From Candidatus Dormiibacterota bacterium (GTDB lineage Bacteria; Chloroflexota; Dormibacteria; Aeolococcales; Aeolococcaceae): a DNA stretch of 64,000 nt. The position numbers and the translations under genes were made by a program. The stretch covers positions 1,984,001 through 2,048,000 of the forward strand of contig OY970355.1 in assembly GCA_963718525.1 (NCBI GenBank), written 5' to 3'. Under the pieces are notes generated by a model. The model saw nothing but the letters and a program-made list of their open reading frames with translations. It made no database searches and was not told the DNA's origin. Positions 50,707-61,023 of this stretch are shown here, piece after piece. Numbering within the stretch: position 1 is the stretch's first letter; each line of letters starts with the position of its first letter.

Positions 50707-52431
50707 ATGTGCGACACGTGCGGCTGCACGACTGACGTCGACCGCATGTCGGGCGCGGAACATGTCAAGGCGAGCAGCAACCGGCTTCGCGGCACCATCG
50801 CCGCCGAGCTGCACGAGGACACCGCGGTGTTCAGTGACGACGCCGGCGTGATCCTCAAGTTCCACGGCGTGTATCAGCAGGATGATCGTGACCTCCGCAA
50901 GGAGGCGCGCAAGCTCGGTCGCGACAAACACCACATGATGATGATCCGCACCCGGATCCCGGGCGGCGTCGTCAGCCCCGACGCGTATCTCGCTCACGAT
51001 CACATCGCGGGAACGTGGGGGAATGGGACCCTGCGGGTCACGACGCGGCAGGACCTGCAGCTGCACGGTGTGCTCAAGGGCGACCTCAAGCGAGCGATCC
51101 GTGCCATCAACGACGCGCTGCTCACAACGCTGGGCGGATGCGGCGATCAGGAACGCAACATCATGTGCTGCCCGGCGCCGTGGCGCGACCGCCTGCACGG
51201 TGATATCAACCGAACGCTGGCGGCATTGGTGAGCGGGCTCACGCCGACCACGCGAGCATATAGCGAGATCTGGCTCGACGGCGATCTCGCGGCATCGAAT
51301 CAGCCCGACCCGCCGGACACCCTGTACGGCGAGCGGTACCTGCCGCGCAAGTTCAAGACCGCGATCGCCATCGCGGGCGACAACTGCGTCGACGTCTACG
51401 CCAACGACCTTGGGCTGGTCGCGCACACCGACGATGCGGGTGATCTCGCCGGCTTCGACATGCTGGTCGGCGGCGGTCTCGGCCGCACCGCGAACAAGCC
51501 CAACACCTGGCCCGCGGTGGCGCAACCGCTCGGCTACGTGCAGCCCGAAAACGTTGTCGAGGCAGCTCGCGCCGTCGTCTCCGTGCAACGGGACCACGGC
51601 GACCGGACCGATCGTCGCCACGCGCGCCTCAAGTATCTGATCGCCGATCGGGGCATCGACTGGTTCCGCGCTGAGGTGGCTTCCAGGCTGCCATTCGCGC
51701 TCGAACCCTCACATCGCCTGCACTGGAAGTCATCGGAGGATCACCTCGGATGGCATGAGCAGGGTGATGGCAACCATTGCTACGGACTTTTCGTCGAGAA
51801 CGGTCGCATCCACGACACCGAGGTGAGCGGGGTGCGATCCGCGCTGCGCGAGGTGGTCGAGACGCTGCGACCTGAGCTCCGGCTCACGCCCCGGCAGAAC
51901 ATCCTGTTCACCAACCTCACCGACGAGAGCCGCAGCGTGTTCACGGCCATCCTCGACCGCTGGGGGGTTGCCCGCTCAGAGTCGCTCCCGAACGCGATCC
52001 GGCATTCGATGGCGTGCCCCGCATACCCGACGTGCGGTCTTGCGGTCGCGGAGTCCGAACGGGCGATGCCCAGCCTGATCCGCGAGATTGCGCTCGTGCA
52101 GCGAGACGCGGGTGTCGAGGATCAGCGCATCAGCTACCGCATGACCGGCTGTCCCAACGGGTGCACGAGGCCGTATCTGGGCGACGTCGGCTTCGTGGGA
52201 ACCACGCTGGGCAAGTACGACGTGTTCCTCGGGGGTGACTTTGACGGCACGCGTCTCAGCGAGCTCTACATGCACAACGTCAAGCTCGACGAGATCCCCC
52301 GGCTGTTGCGGGGGCCGATGTTCGACTACGCGCGCACGCAGCTTCCCGGTGAAGGCTTCGGCGACTGGTGCAGGCGACAGGGTGTGAGCGAGCTTGCCGA
52401 GCGCCATGCCCTGGTGGAGGTGCCCGCGTGA
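50707..52431 (+). CDS. assimilatory sulfite reductase hemoprotein (Sir/CysI family)
   Basis: KFHGVYQQDDRD, TTRQ, YLPRKFK, ACPAYPTC, TGCPNGC; alternative start at 50746. Confidence 0.92.
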   Translation: MCDTCGCTTDVDRMSGAEHVKASSNRLRGTIAAELHEDTAVFSDDAGVILKFHGVYQQDDRDLRKEARKLGRDKHHMMMIRTRIPGGVVSPDAYLAHDHIAGTWGNGTLRVTTRQDLQLHGVLKGDLKRAIRAINDALLTTLGGCGDQERNIMCCPAPWRDRLHGDINRTLAALVSGLTPTTRAYSEIWLDGDLAASNQPDPPDTLYGERYLPRKFKTAIAIAGDNCVDVYANDLGLVAHTDDAGDLAGFDMLVGGGLGRTANKPNTWPAVAQPLGYVQPENVVEAARAVVSVQRDHGDRTDRRHARLKYLIADRGIDWFRAEVASRLPFALEPSHRLHWKSSEDHLGWHEQGDGNHCYGLFVENGRIHDTEVSGVRSALREVVETLRPELRLTPRQNILFTNLTDESRSVFTAILDRWGVARSESLPNAIRHSMACPAYPTCGLAVAESERAMPSLIREIALVQRDAGVEDQRISYRMTGCPNGCTRPYLGDVGFVGTTLGKYDVFLGGDFDGTRLSELYMHNVKLDEIPRLLRGPMFDYARTQLPGEGFGDWCRRQGVSELAERHALVEVPA

Positions 52432-53168
52432 ACGCGACCGACCTGCAGAACGCGACGGCTGAGGACATCCTCGCGTGGACCTACAGACGGTTCGGTCGCG
52501 TCGCGCTGGTGGCGAGCTTCCAGGCCGAGTCGCTGGTGCTGATCGATCTTGCATGCAAGATCGTGCCGTCGCCCGAGGTGCTCACGCTCGACACCGGACG
52601 GCTGCACGAGGAGACCCACGACTACATCGAGTACGTTCGCTCCCAGTTCCCGATTCGCATGCGCATCCTCGCGCCGGAGGCGAGCGAGCTCGAGGCGATG
52701 ACGGCGGAGCACGGCGACATGCTGTTCCGAAAGTCGGTACCGCTGCGCAACCAGTGCTGCGCCGTACGCAAGGTGAACCCGCTGGCACAGGCACTGCGCG
52801 AGTACGACGCGTGGATCACCGGGCTGCGCCGCGATCAGACCCCGACGCGCGCCGCGACGCCGGTGGTCGCCAGCGATCCCGGGCACGAAGGCATGATCAA
52901 GGTGGTGCCGCTCGCGGCGTGGAGCCGCGACCAGGTATGGGACTACCTCCGCGCCCACGGCATCCGCCAGCACCCGCTGTATGCGCGCGGTTTCATGTCG
53001 ATCGGCTGCGCTCCTTGCACGCGGGCAACACGACCCGGCGAGCAGGAGCGCGCCGGCCGCTGGTGGTGGGAGAGCGACACCCACAAGGAGTGCCTGCTTC
53101 ATCCGCCGCTCGAGGTCACCGGCGCACCCGAGCCTGTGGGAGTGCCGGTACGGCACGGCGCCGTGTGA
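52428..53168 (+). CDS. cysH: APS/PAPS reductase ([4Fe-4S] APS-reductase type)
   Basis: LDTG, CC..RK, SIGCAPCT, RAGRWWWE, ECLLH. Confidence 0.93.
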   Translation: MNATDLQNATAEDILAWTYRRFGRVALVASFQAESLVLIDLACKIVPSPEVLTLDTGRLHEETHDYIEYVRSQFPIRMRILAPEASELEAMTAEHGDMLFRKSVPLRNQCCAVRKVNPLAQALREYDAWITGLRRDQTPTRAATPVVASDPGHEGMIKVVPLAAWSRDQVWDYLRAHGIRQHPLYARGFMSIGCAPCTRATRPGEQERAGRWWWESDTHKECLLHPPLEVTGAPEPVGVPVRHGAV

Positions 53169-54538
53169 ATGCGACGCCGTACTACCCGATCGTTCTGGAT
53201 CTGCACGAGCGACGTTGTGTGGTGCTCGGCGACACGCCACTCGCGGAGGAGAAAGCGCTAGGCCTTCGCGCCACGGGGGCGACGGTCATCCATCTGCGCC
53301 GCGGGTTCCAACCCGGCGATTTCGCGGGCGCGGACCTGGCCATCGATGCAAGTGACGACCAGGACGGTCAACGCGGCGCTCGTGCCGAGGCGGACCGCGA
53401 GCGCGTGCTCCTCAATGTGGCCGACGTCACCCATCAGTGCGATTGGATCGCTCCCGCCATGATCAAACGCGGCCCGCTGCAGATCGCGATCTCCACATCC
53501 GGTGAGAGTCCGTTTCTCGCCCGCGCGTTGCGCGAACGTCTCGAGACCATGCTCGGGGAGGAGTGGGGGCCATTCACGCGCCTGATGGGGCGAATGCGAC
53601 GCCGGCTCCGTCGTGCGGGGGTCTCGAGCGACGCTCAGCAACGCGCCTACCGGCGGTTGCTTCGGTCTGAGGCATCGGCGATGCTGCGCACGGGGAACGC
53701 GGATGCCGCGTCCGCGCTGGCACTGACGATCGAGCAGAGCGCAGGGGACGCCGAGCACACGCCGCCGACGGGGGAGGTCGTGCTTGCCGGCGCAGGACCG
53801 GGCGATCCGGACCTGCTCACCATGGGCGCGCGAGCCGTCCTCGCCGACGCGGACGTCGTCTTCCACGATGCGCTTGTGGCTCCCGAGGTGTTGCGTCTGT
53901 GCGGGCCACGGGCGCGGTTGATCGACGCCGGCAAGCGCTCGGGCCGGCGTTCCGCGTCGCAAGGGGCCATCAATGACGCGATGATCGCCGCCGCCCGCGC
54001 CGGTGACCTCGTGGTCCGCCTCAAGGGCGGCGATCCATTCCTCTTCGGGCGGGGAGGGGAGGAGGTCGAAGCGCTGCGACGGGCGGGAATCCCCGTGCGG
54101 GTGATCCCCGGCGTGAGCGCGGCGCTCGCCGCCCCGGCCGCTGCCGGGATTCCGGTGACCCATCGCGGCGTCGCCGCGTCAGTCGCGTTCGTGACCGGGC
54201 ATCGGGCCGGAGGAGACGTGAGCCGGCTCGACGCGGTCGCGCGCAGCGTCGACACGCTGGTCGTGCTGATGCCGGCCGAGTTCGAGGCGATCGCCGCGCG
54301 TCTGGCGGAGGTGCTTGGATCCGAGCGTCCAGCGGCGATTATCTCGAAGGCCACGACGCCGGGCCAGCAGGTGGTCCGTGCTCCCATCGGACGAATCGCC
54401 GCGGCTGCGAGCGCAGCTCGAATCGAGCCGCCCTCGACACTTGTGGTGGGAGACGCCGTCAACGTGCTCTCGGACATCGGGATGCTGTCGACGGCGGCGC
54501 AGCAGACCTTCGCAGGAGCGATCGCCTCGGAGCGGTAG
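53165..54538 (+). CDS. cysG: siroheme synthase (dehydrogenase/ferrochelatase fused to uroporphyrinogen-III methyltransferase)
   Basis: N-terminal IAISTSGESP; C-terminal GAGPGD, RLKGGDPFLFGRGGEE. Confidence 0.92.
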   Translation: MNATPYYPIVLDLHERRCVVLGDTPLAEEKALGLRATGATVIHLRRGFQPGDFAGADLAIDASDDQDGQRGARAEADRERVLLNVADVTHQCDWIAPAMIKRGPLQIAISTSGESPFLARALRERLETMLGEEWGPFTRLMGRMRRRLRRAGVSSDAQQRAYRRLLRSEASAMLRTGNADAASALALTIEQSAGDAEHTPPTGEVVLAGAGPGDPDLLTMGARAVLADADVVFHDALVAPEVLRLCGPRARLIDAGKRSGRRSASQGAINDAMIAAARAGDLVVRLKGGDPFLFGRGGEEVEALRRAGIPVRVIPGVSAALAAPAAAGIPVTHRGVAASVAFVTGHRAGGDVSRLDAVARSVDTLVVLMPAEFEAIAARLAEVLGSERPAAIISKATTPGQQVVRAPIGRIAAAASAARIEPPSTLVVGDAVNVLSDIGMLSTAAQQTFAGAIASER

Positions 54539-54597
54539 CCGCCTCGATCGCGCATCGAGGTCGCGTGCGCGACCCTCGACGCTAGGATGGGGCTCAC

Positions 54598-55389
54598 TTG
54601 TCAACCCAGGTCACCAAGGTATCGCCCGCATCGCTCGCGTCTGCCCCGCATGGCGGTCCCGGGCTCATCGAGCGCATCCTCGATTCGCTCCCCTGGTGGG
54701 CGCTGCCTGCCACGGTCGTCACGGTGCTCGGCCTGTTCGGCCTCTACTCGATCTGGACCGCATTCCTGTCCGGCGGGATCAACCAGAGCGGGCCGTATCT
54801 GTCGCCGTTCTACTCGCCGACGATCTGGAAGACCGGTCCGGTGAGCCCGGCGCTGTGGGTGCTCGGGTCGCCGCTCCTGTTTCGCGCGACCTGCTACTAC
54901 TACCGCAAGGCGTACTACCGCTCGTTCTTCTGGGATCCACCCGCATGCGCTGTGGGGGAGCTGCGGCACCGCAAGTACCGGGGCGAGACGGCCTTCCCGC
55001 TGTTCCTCAACAACCTGCACCGGTTCCTCTTCTACCTGGTGCTGATCGTGACGGGGTTCCTCTGGTACGACGTCTATCTCGCGTTCTGGGCGCCGAACGG
55101 CCACGTGCAGCTGGGCCTCGGGACCGGGATCATGCTCGCGAACGTGATCCTGCTGAGCGGCTACACGTTTGGCTGCCACTCATGGCGGCATCTCGTCGGC
55201 GGTGGACTCGATTGCTACTCCAGGTCAACGCTCGGTCAGGCGCGCTATCGCGCCTGGAGATGGGTGACGGTGCTCAACGCGCGCCACCCGGTGTGGGCCT
55301 GGTTGAGCATGTTCAGCGTCGTGATCACCGACGTGTACATCCATCTCCTGCATGCGGGGATCGTCGTCGATCCGCACGTCGTTTTCTGA
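54598..55389 (+). CDS. succinate dehydrogenase membrane anchor, mycobacterial Sdh1-like
   Basis: YLSPFYSP, FRATCYYYRKAYYRSF, NLHR, GCHSWRH; directly upstream of sdhA. Confidence 0.8.
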   Translation: MSTQVTKVSPASLASAPHGGPGLIERILDSLPWWALPATVVTVLGLFGLYSIWTAFLSGGINQSGPYLSPFYSPTIWKTGPVSPALWVLGSPLLFRATCYYYRKAYYRSFFWDPPACAVGELRHRKYRGETAFPLFLNNLHRFLFYLVLIVTGFLWYDVYLAFWAPNGHVQLGLGTGIMLANVILLSGYTFGCHSWRHLVGGGLDCYSRSTLGQARYRAWRWVTVLNARHPVWAWLSMFSVVITDVYIHLLHAGIVVDPHVVF

Positions 55390-55390
55390 G

Positions 55391-57226
55391 ATGGCGGCGA
55401 CCCCCGAACCCTACGACACCATCGAATGCGATGTGCTCGTCGTCGGCGCGGGCGGAGCGGGCATGCGCGCCGCGATCGCTGCGGCCGAGGCCGGGTGCAC
55501 CGTCAGGGTCGTGACCAAGTCGCTCCTCGGCAAGGCGCATACGGTGATGGCCGAGGGCGGTATCGCTGCTGGCCTCGGCAATCTCGACCCCGAGGACAGC
55601 TGGGAGGTGCACTTCGCGGACACCATGCTCGGCGGTCAGCTGATCAACAACTGGCGCATGGTCGAGCTCTATGCGCACGAGGTGATCGATCGCGTCCTCG
55701 AGCTGGAGCGATGGGGTGGTATCTTCGATCGAACCGAGGATGGCCGCATCATGCAGCGCGCGTTCGGTGCGCATTCGTGGAGACGGCTCGCTCATGTCGG
55801 CGATCGCACCGGGCTCGAGCTCATCCGGACGTGTCAGGACAAGATGGTGCACACACAAGGGGTGGATGTGTGCATGGAGTACACGCTCACCACGTTGCTC
55901 AAGTCCGGTGACCGGGTGTGCGGTGCCTTTGGTTACAACCGCAACACGGGACGGTTCGTGGCGTTCAAGGCCGGCGCGGTCGTGCTCGCCAGTGGGGGAT
56001 GGGGGCGGATGTTTCGCTACACGTCCAACTCCTGGGAGTGTTCCGGCGATGGCGCAGCGATGGCATACCAAGCCGGCGCCGACCTGCTCGACATGGAGTT
56101 CATGCAGTTCCATCCCACCGGCATGATCTGGCCGCCCGGCGCGCGCGGGATCCTCGTGACCGAGGCGGTGCGCGGTGAAGGGGGGCTGCTCTTCAATGCA
56201 GAAGGGTCGCGCTTCATGCTCGACTACGACCCGGTCAAGAAAGAACTGTCATCGCGCGACGTCGTGGCACGCTCGATCTACAAGGAGGTGCAGGCCGGTC
56301 GCGGCACGCCGCATGGCGGCGCCTACCTAGACGTCCGCCACCTCGGCGCGGACTACGTGAAGCGGAAGCTGCCATCGATGTACGAACAGTTCCATGCGCT
56401 GGCATCCGTCGACATCACGAGCCAACCGATGGAGGTGGGTCCGACTATTCACTACACGATGGGCGGCATCCGTGTCGAGCCCGAGACCGCCGCGACGACG
56501 GTGCCCGGGCTCTATGCAGCCGGCGAGGCTGCCGGCGGCCTGCACGGCGCCAACCGCCTCGGGGGCAATTCGCTCGGCGACATTCTCGTCTTCGGGCGGC
56601 GCGCGGGGGACGCGGCCGCCGAGTTCGCGAAGACCGCGGGGGCGACCCGCATCGTCGACGATGAGCAGATCGCCACCGAGCAGGCGGATCTACTGGAGCC
56701 ACTCGGCGGTGACGCCAACGACGCTGCTGCGGCCGAGAACCCGTACAAATTGCACGAAGACCTGCAACTGGCGATGCAGGATGACGCCGGCATCGGGCGC
56801 AGTGAGGAGTCGCTCCAGCGAGCGCTCGCGGCGATCGTCACGCTCCGCGAGCGGAGCGCGCGCATCCGCGTTGCCGGCGGGCGTACGCTCAACCCCGGAT
56901 GGCACACGTGCCGCGATATCACCAACATGCTGGTGATCTCCGAGGCCATCGTACGAGGCGCGATCGAGCGGCGCGAGAGCCGCGGCTCGCAGTGGCGGTT
57001 CGATCACCTCGAGCAGGAGGTGGAGTACGGGAAGATCAACCTCGTGACCAGGCGCGGGGACGGCGGGATGCAGGTGGTGCGCGTGCCGCTCGATCCGCTG
57101 CCGGAGCGGTTGCGCCCGCTGCTCGAGCGCAGCCGCTTCTACGACCCCGCCAAGGTCCCCAAGGGGTATCTCACCGAGACGGTCGTTGCTGACGCGACCA
57201 CCGGCAAGAAGAGGAAGAACAAGTAG
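55391..57226 (+). CDS. sdhA: succinate dehydrogenase/fumarate reductase flavoprotein
   Basis: GAGGAG, AHTVMAEGG, QFHPT, TEAVRGEGG, HYTMGG, HGANRLGGNSL. Confidence 0.95.
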   Translation: MAATPEPYDTIECDVLVVGAGGAGMRAAIAAAEAGCTVRVVTKSLLGKAHTVMAEGGIAAGLGNLDPEDSWEVHFADTMLGGQLINNWRMVELYAHEVIDRVLELERWGGIFDRTEDGRIMQRAFGAHSWRRLAHVGDRTGLELIRTCQDKMVHTQGVDVCMEYTLTTLLKSGDRVCGAFGYNRNTGRFVAFKAGAVVLASGGWGRMFRYTSNSWECSGDGAAMAYQAGADLLDMEFMQFHPTGMIWPPGARGILVTEAVRGEGGLLFNAEGSRFMLDYDPVKKELSSRDVVARSIYKEVQAGRGTPHGGAYLDVRHLGADYVKRKLPSMYEQFHALASVDITSQPMEVGPTIHYTMGGIRVEPETAATTVPGLYAAGEAAGGLHGANRLGGNSLGDILVFGRRAGDAAAEFAKTAGATRIVDDEQIATEQADLLEPLGGDANDAAAAENPYKLHEDLQLAMQDDAGIGRSEESLQRALAAIVTLRERSARIRVAGGRTLNPGWHTCRDITNMLVISEAIVRGAIERRESRGSQWRFDHLEQEVEYGKINLVTRRGDGGMQVVRVPLDPLPERLRPLLERSRFYDPAKVPKGYLTETVVADATTGKKRKNK

Positions 57227-58048
57227 ATGGCAGTCGTGGATTCGGCGGCGCCGACCGTCGACAGCCCGGTTGAGGACGTGCTGACCGCGAGTGGGCTCAC
57301 CGGCGAGACGCTGACGCTCAAGGTGCTCAAGGGCGTCGCCGGCGGTGAGCAGGCCGAGGTCGCGTACCAGGTGCCGGTCGTGACCGGCATGGTGATCCTC
57401 GACGCCGTGCACTACGTTCAGCACAACCTGGACACCGACCTCGCGTGTCGCTGGAACTGCAAGGCAGCGAAGTGCGGCTCGTGCAGCGCCGAGGTCAACG
57501 GCCGCCCGGTGCTGATGTGCAAGACGCGCGTGGACGACCTGCCTGCCGGACCGGTCACCGTGCATCCGCTCAAGTCGTTTCCGCTGATCAAGGACCTGGT
57601 CACCGACGTGTCACGCAACTACGAGGTGAATCGCGAGATTCCCCCGTTCACCGCGGCGCCGGACGACGGCGCGCCCTGGCGCATTCCGCAGCAGGACATC
57701 GACCGCATCTATGAGTTCCGCAAATGCATCGAGTGCTTCCTGTGTCAGGACGTGTGCCACATCATCCGGAGCCATGACTATGCGGATCGCTTCTATGGTC
57801 CGCGCTTCTTCGTGCGCGTCGCGTCGCTGGAGATGCACCCCAAGGACATCCTCGATCGCCGCGAGCAGACGCGCGAACAGGGCGGTCTCGGCTACTGCAA
57901 CATCACCAAGTGCTGCACCGACGTGTGCCCTGAGCACATCCACATCACCGACAACGCGATCATCCCCCTCAAGGAGCGGGTGGCAGATGTCCACTGGGAC
58001 CCAGTCCGTTTCGTGGGACGCAAGCTCCTCGGTCGCAGCGGGGATTGA
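57227..58048 (+). CDS. sdhB: succinate dehydrogenase/fumarate reductase iron-sulfur subunit
   Basis: CKAAKCGSC, CIECFLCQDVC, CNITKCCTDVCP. Confidence 0.95.
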   Translation: MAVVDSAAPTVDSPVEDVLTASGLTGETLTLKVLKGVAGGEQAEVAYQVPVVTGMVILDAVHYVQHNLDTDLACRWNCKAAKCGSCSAEVNGRPVLMCKTRVDDLPAGPVTVHPLKSFPLIKDLVTDVSRNYEVNREIPPFTAAPDDGAPWRIPQQDIDRIYEFRKCIECFLCQDVCHIIRSHDYADRFYGPRFFVRVASLEMHPKDILDRREQTREQGGLGYCNITKCCTDVCPEHIHITDNAIIPLKERVADVHWDPVRFVGRKLLGRSGD

Positions 58049-58305
58049 TCGGCGTCATCGTCCTGCTCGGAGTCCTTGTTGCGATGGTCGTCGTGTTCGC
58101 GTGGTTCTATTACTACTCTCGGACGCCGGAGTGGGGTCAGTCGGACACGCGCAAAGCGCTGCTCAACCTGATGGTCGTCGTCGGTCCCATCTTCGGCAAT
58201 CACTACCGGCGCGAGCCACCGGAAGTCCCGAGCGTCTCGGCACCGGGTCCCGACGGTGCTGATGACCGGCCGGTCCGGATCAGTCCGCCCGGGCCGACCG
58301 AGTAG
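58045..58305 (+). CDS. small single-TM hypothetical protein coupled to sdhB
   Basis: TTGA start/stop overlap; N-terminal hydrophobic helix, Pro-rich tail. Confidence 0.55.
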   Translation: MIGVIVLLGVLVAMVVVFAWFYYYSRTPEWGQSDTRKALLNLMVVVGPIFGNHYRREPPEVPSVSAPGPDGADDRPVRISPPGPTE

Positions 58306-58316
58306 CATCGACCCGC

Positions 58317-58979
58317 ATGGGGAGGACGATCACCGCCTGCGTGTTCGACATGGACGGGGTGCTCATCGACACCGAGCCGGTGTGGCGTGAGGTCGAGCAC
58401 GATGTGTTTGCCAGGGTCGGCGTCAAGCTGACCGACGCGCAGCTGCGGGAGACCTGGGGGATGCGCATCGAGGAGGTCGTCGACTACCGCTACCGGGTCC
58501 GGCCGTGGAACGGCATCCGGCCGCGCGCCGTCGAGCGGGAGATCATCCGTGAGATGGTCGAACATGTGCGCGCGCATGGTGTTCCCATGCCGGGTGCGGT
58601 CGAGGCAATTCGCACCGCACGCGATGCCGGGCTGCGCGTGGCCATCGCGTCATCGTCGAGCCGTGAGCTGATCAACGCGGTCGTCGAACGGCTGGACATC
58701 GGCGAGCTCGTCGATGCCGTGTGCAGCGCCGATGACGAGGAGCGCGGCAAACCCGATCCGGGCGTGTACATCAGCGCTGCGCGAGCGCTCGACGTGATGC
58801 CGTCCTCATGCGTGGCCATCGAGGATTCGCCCGTGGGGGTGACCGCCGCGATCGCCGCGGGGATGCGTTGCATCGGGTTGCGCTCGGAAGGAGCGCTCGC
58901 CGGCGACATCGGTCACGCACACGTGATCATCGACTCGCTCGTCGAGGTCACGCCGGAGCTGTTGCTCAGCCGATCCTGA
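58317..58979 (+). CDS. HAD-family phosphatase (HxpB/YniC-like)
   Basis: [25 protein letters not shown]. Confidence 0.9.
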   Translation: MGRTITACVFDMDGVLIDTEPVWREVEHDVFARVGVKLTDAQLRETWGMRIEEVVDYRYRVRPWNGIRPRAVEREIIREMVEHVRAHGVPMPGAVEAIRTARDAGLRVAIASSSSRELINAVVERLDIGELVDAVCSADDEERGKPDPGVYISAARALDVMPSSCVAIEDSPVGVTAAIAAGMRCIGLRSEGALAGDIGHAHVIIDSLVEVTPELLLSRS

Positions 58980-59949
58980 TCCCGGTCGTCAACGATTCGA
59001 GGCTGGGGTCGATCTCCTCGCGGCGCGCGTCCATCACCTGCACGACCTGATGCACGGCTTCGGCACTTCGATGGAGGGCGGCACGCTCCTCGTCGGTGAG
59101 CGCAACATCGACCACCTCGATGAGGCCGCCCTCGCCGAGCCTGCAGGGGACGCCGGTGAACAGCCCGGTGATGCCGTATTCACCCTGCAGGTGGACGGTG
59201 CACGGCAGCACCTGGCGCGTGTCGAGCACGATCGTGTCGATCATCTGGGCAACGGCTGCGCTGGGCGCGTAGAAGGCGCTTCCGGTCTTCAGCAGGTTCA
59301 CGATCTCAGCCCCGCCATCGCGAGCACGCTGCACGATGCTCTCGAGACGCTCGGCGGGGATGAGGTCCGCCGCTGGAATGCCGGCAACGGTCGTCAGGCG
59401 GGTGAGGGGAACCATCGTGTCGCCATGTCCGCCGAGCACATAGGCCTGCACGTCGTGCACCGAGGCATCGAGCTCCTGGGCGATGAAGGTGCGATACCGC
59501 GCAGTGTCGAGGACGCCCGCCATGCCGATCACGCGCGAGCGGGGAAAACGCGAGACCGCCATGGACAGCTGGGTCATGCCGTCCACCGGGTTGGCGACCA
59601 CGATCAGGATGCAGTCCGGGGACTGCTCGACCACCTGACGGACCACCCCCGACACGATCTTTGCGTTGGTCATCACCAGGTCGTCACGCGACATCCCCGG
59701 TTTGCGCGGAATCCCACTCGTGATCACCGCGATCTGCGACCCGGCCGTCTCCACGTACCCGTTGGTCCCCGTGACCAAGGAGTCATACCCGACGATCGGC
59801 CCCGACTCGAGCATGTCGAGTGCCTTCCCCTGCGGGAGCCCTTCGACGATGTCCACGAGCACGACATCGGCGTAGTCGCGTTCAGCCACGCGCTGGGCCA
59901 GTGTCGCGCCCACGTTGCCCGCGCCGACCACCGTAATCTTTGTACGCAC
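58966..59949 (-). CDS. mdh: malate dehydrogenase (LDH-like)
   Basis: [36 protein letters not shown]. Confidence 0.96.
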   Translation of the reverse strand: MRTKITVVGAGNVGATLAQRVAERDYADVVLVDIVEGLPQGKALDMLESGPIVGYDSLVTGTNGYVETAGSQIAVITSGIPRKPGMSRDDLVMTNAKIVSGVVRQVVEQSPDCILIVVANPVDGMTQLSMAVSRFPRSRVIGMAGVLDTARYRTFIAQELDASVHDVQAYVLGGHGDTMVPLTRLTTVAGIPAADLIPAERLESIVQRARDGGAEIVNLLKTGSAFYAPSAAVAQMIDTIVLDTRQVLPCTVHLQGEYGITGLFTGVPCRLGEGGLIEVVDVALTDEERAALHRSAEAVHQVVQVMDARREEIDPSLESLTTGIRIG

Positions 59950-59994
59950 GGCGGTCGATTCTACGCAGCGCGCGCTCAGCGGGGCACACTACCC

Positions 59995-60166
59995 AAGGCG
60001 GGTGGCATCGTGGGGGGCAGCGCCGGTCGGAGGGTTGGCGCCGAGATGCCCGTTCCCAGAACGCGAGACGCCCGAGCGGTCAGACCAAACCGCAGACCGG
60101 CGAGGGGTCCCCACGATGACAGGACCCGCCTTCGAGCGCGAACCAGCCCGGGGCCACGTTCGCGCT
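59995..60166. repeat. nested inverted-repeat element (long rod plus second hairpin) between mdh and nth
   Basis: Arms AAGGCGGGT/ACCCGCCTT, CATCGTGGGG/CCCCACGATG, CGCCGGTC/GACCGGCG; second hairpin AGCGCGAAC/GTTCGCGCT. Confidence 0.75.
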
Positions 60167-60185
60167 GCGTAGGATGCGACGGGCG

Positions 60186-60929
60186 ATGGCGACAACGAAA
60201 TCGACCGCGAGGGCGAAGGCCAAGCCGAAGGTGCGCAAGCGGCGCTTGCCCGCTGGGGCGCGGGAGCGGGCTCCGATTGTTGTGGAGCGGCTGAAGCTCG
60301 AGTACGGCGAGGCGCACACCGAGTTGGACTTTGGTAGTCCGTGGCAGCTGCTTGTTTCGGTGATCCTCAGTGCGCAGACGACCGATGTGAATGTGAATTC
60401 GGTGACGCCCGTCCTGTTTGCGCGGTATCCGTCGGTCGAAGCGCTGGCCGCGGCCAGCGAGGAGGATGTTGAGGCGATCATTCACAAGACGGGGTTCTTT
60501 CGCTCCAAGGCGCGGGCGATTCGGGAGATGAGCCAGGACCTGGTGCTGCTCCACCAGGGTGAGGTGCCGTCGCGGATGGAGGACCTCGTGAAGCTTCGCG
60601 GCGTCGGACGCAAAACCGCAAATGTGGTGCTCGGCGTTGCATTCGGGGTCCCCGGGTTCGCCGTCGACACGCATGTGGCGCGGCTGACCAGGCTGCTGCG
60701 GCTCACCGCCGCGACCGACCCCGTCAAGATCGAGGAGGATGTGTGCAGCATCGTCCCGGCCAGTGAATGGACGGGTCTGAGCCTGCGCCTCATCCTGCAC
60801 GGCAGGCGGGTATGCATCGCCAACAAGCCGCGCTGCCACGAATGTGTCCTCTCGGATATCTGCCCGTCAGCGCAGCTCGGCGTGACACCTCGCCCCGCCC
60901 GACAACATCGAGCCGCGACGGCTCGTTAG
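60186..60929 (+). CDS. nth: endonuclease III
   Basis: LSAQTTD, GVGRKTANV, VDTH, C-X6-C-X2-C-X5-C; alternative start 60174. Confidence 0.95.
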   Translation: MATTKSTARAKAKPKVRKRRLPAGARERAPIVVERLKLEYGEAHTELDFGSPWQLLVSVILSAQTTDVNVNSVTPVLFARYPSVEALAAASEEDVEAIIHKTGFFRSKARAIREMSQDLVLLHQGEVPSRMEDLVKLRGVGRKTANVVLGVAFGVPGFAVDTHVARLTRLLRLTAATDPVKIEEDVCSIVPASEWTGLSLRLILHGRRVCIANKPRCHECVLSDICPSAQLGVTPRPARQHRAATAR

Positions 60930-61023
60930 ACTCTGGTGGGATGCTCAGGCGCCGGATCGTGAGTCAATCGGTATACGGGGAAGTCGCGAGACCCTCGCAG
61001 CCGGGTACGATGCTGGTATCGCA

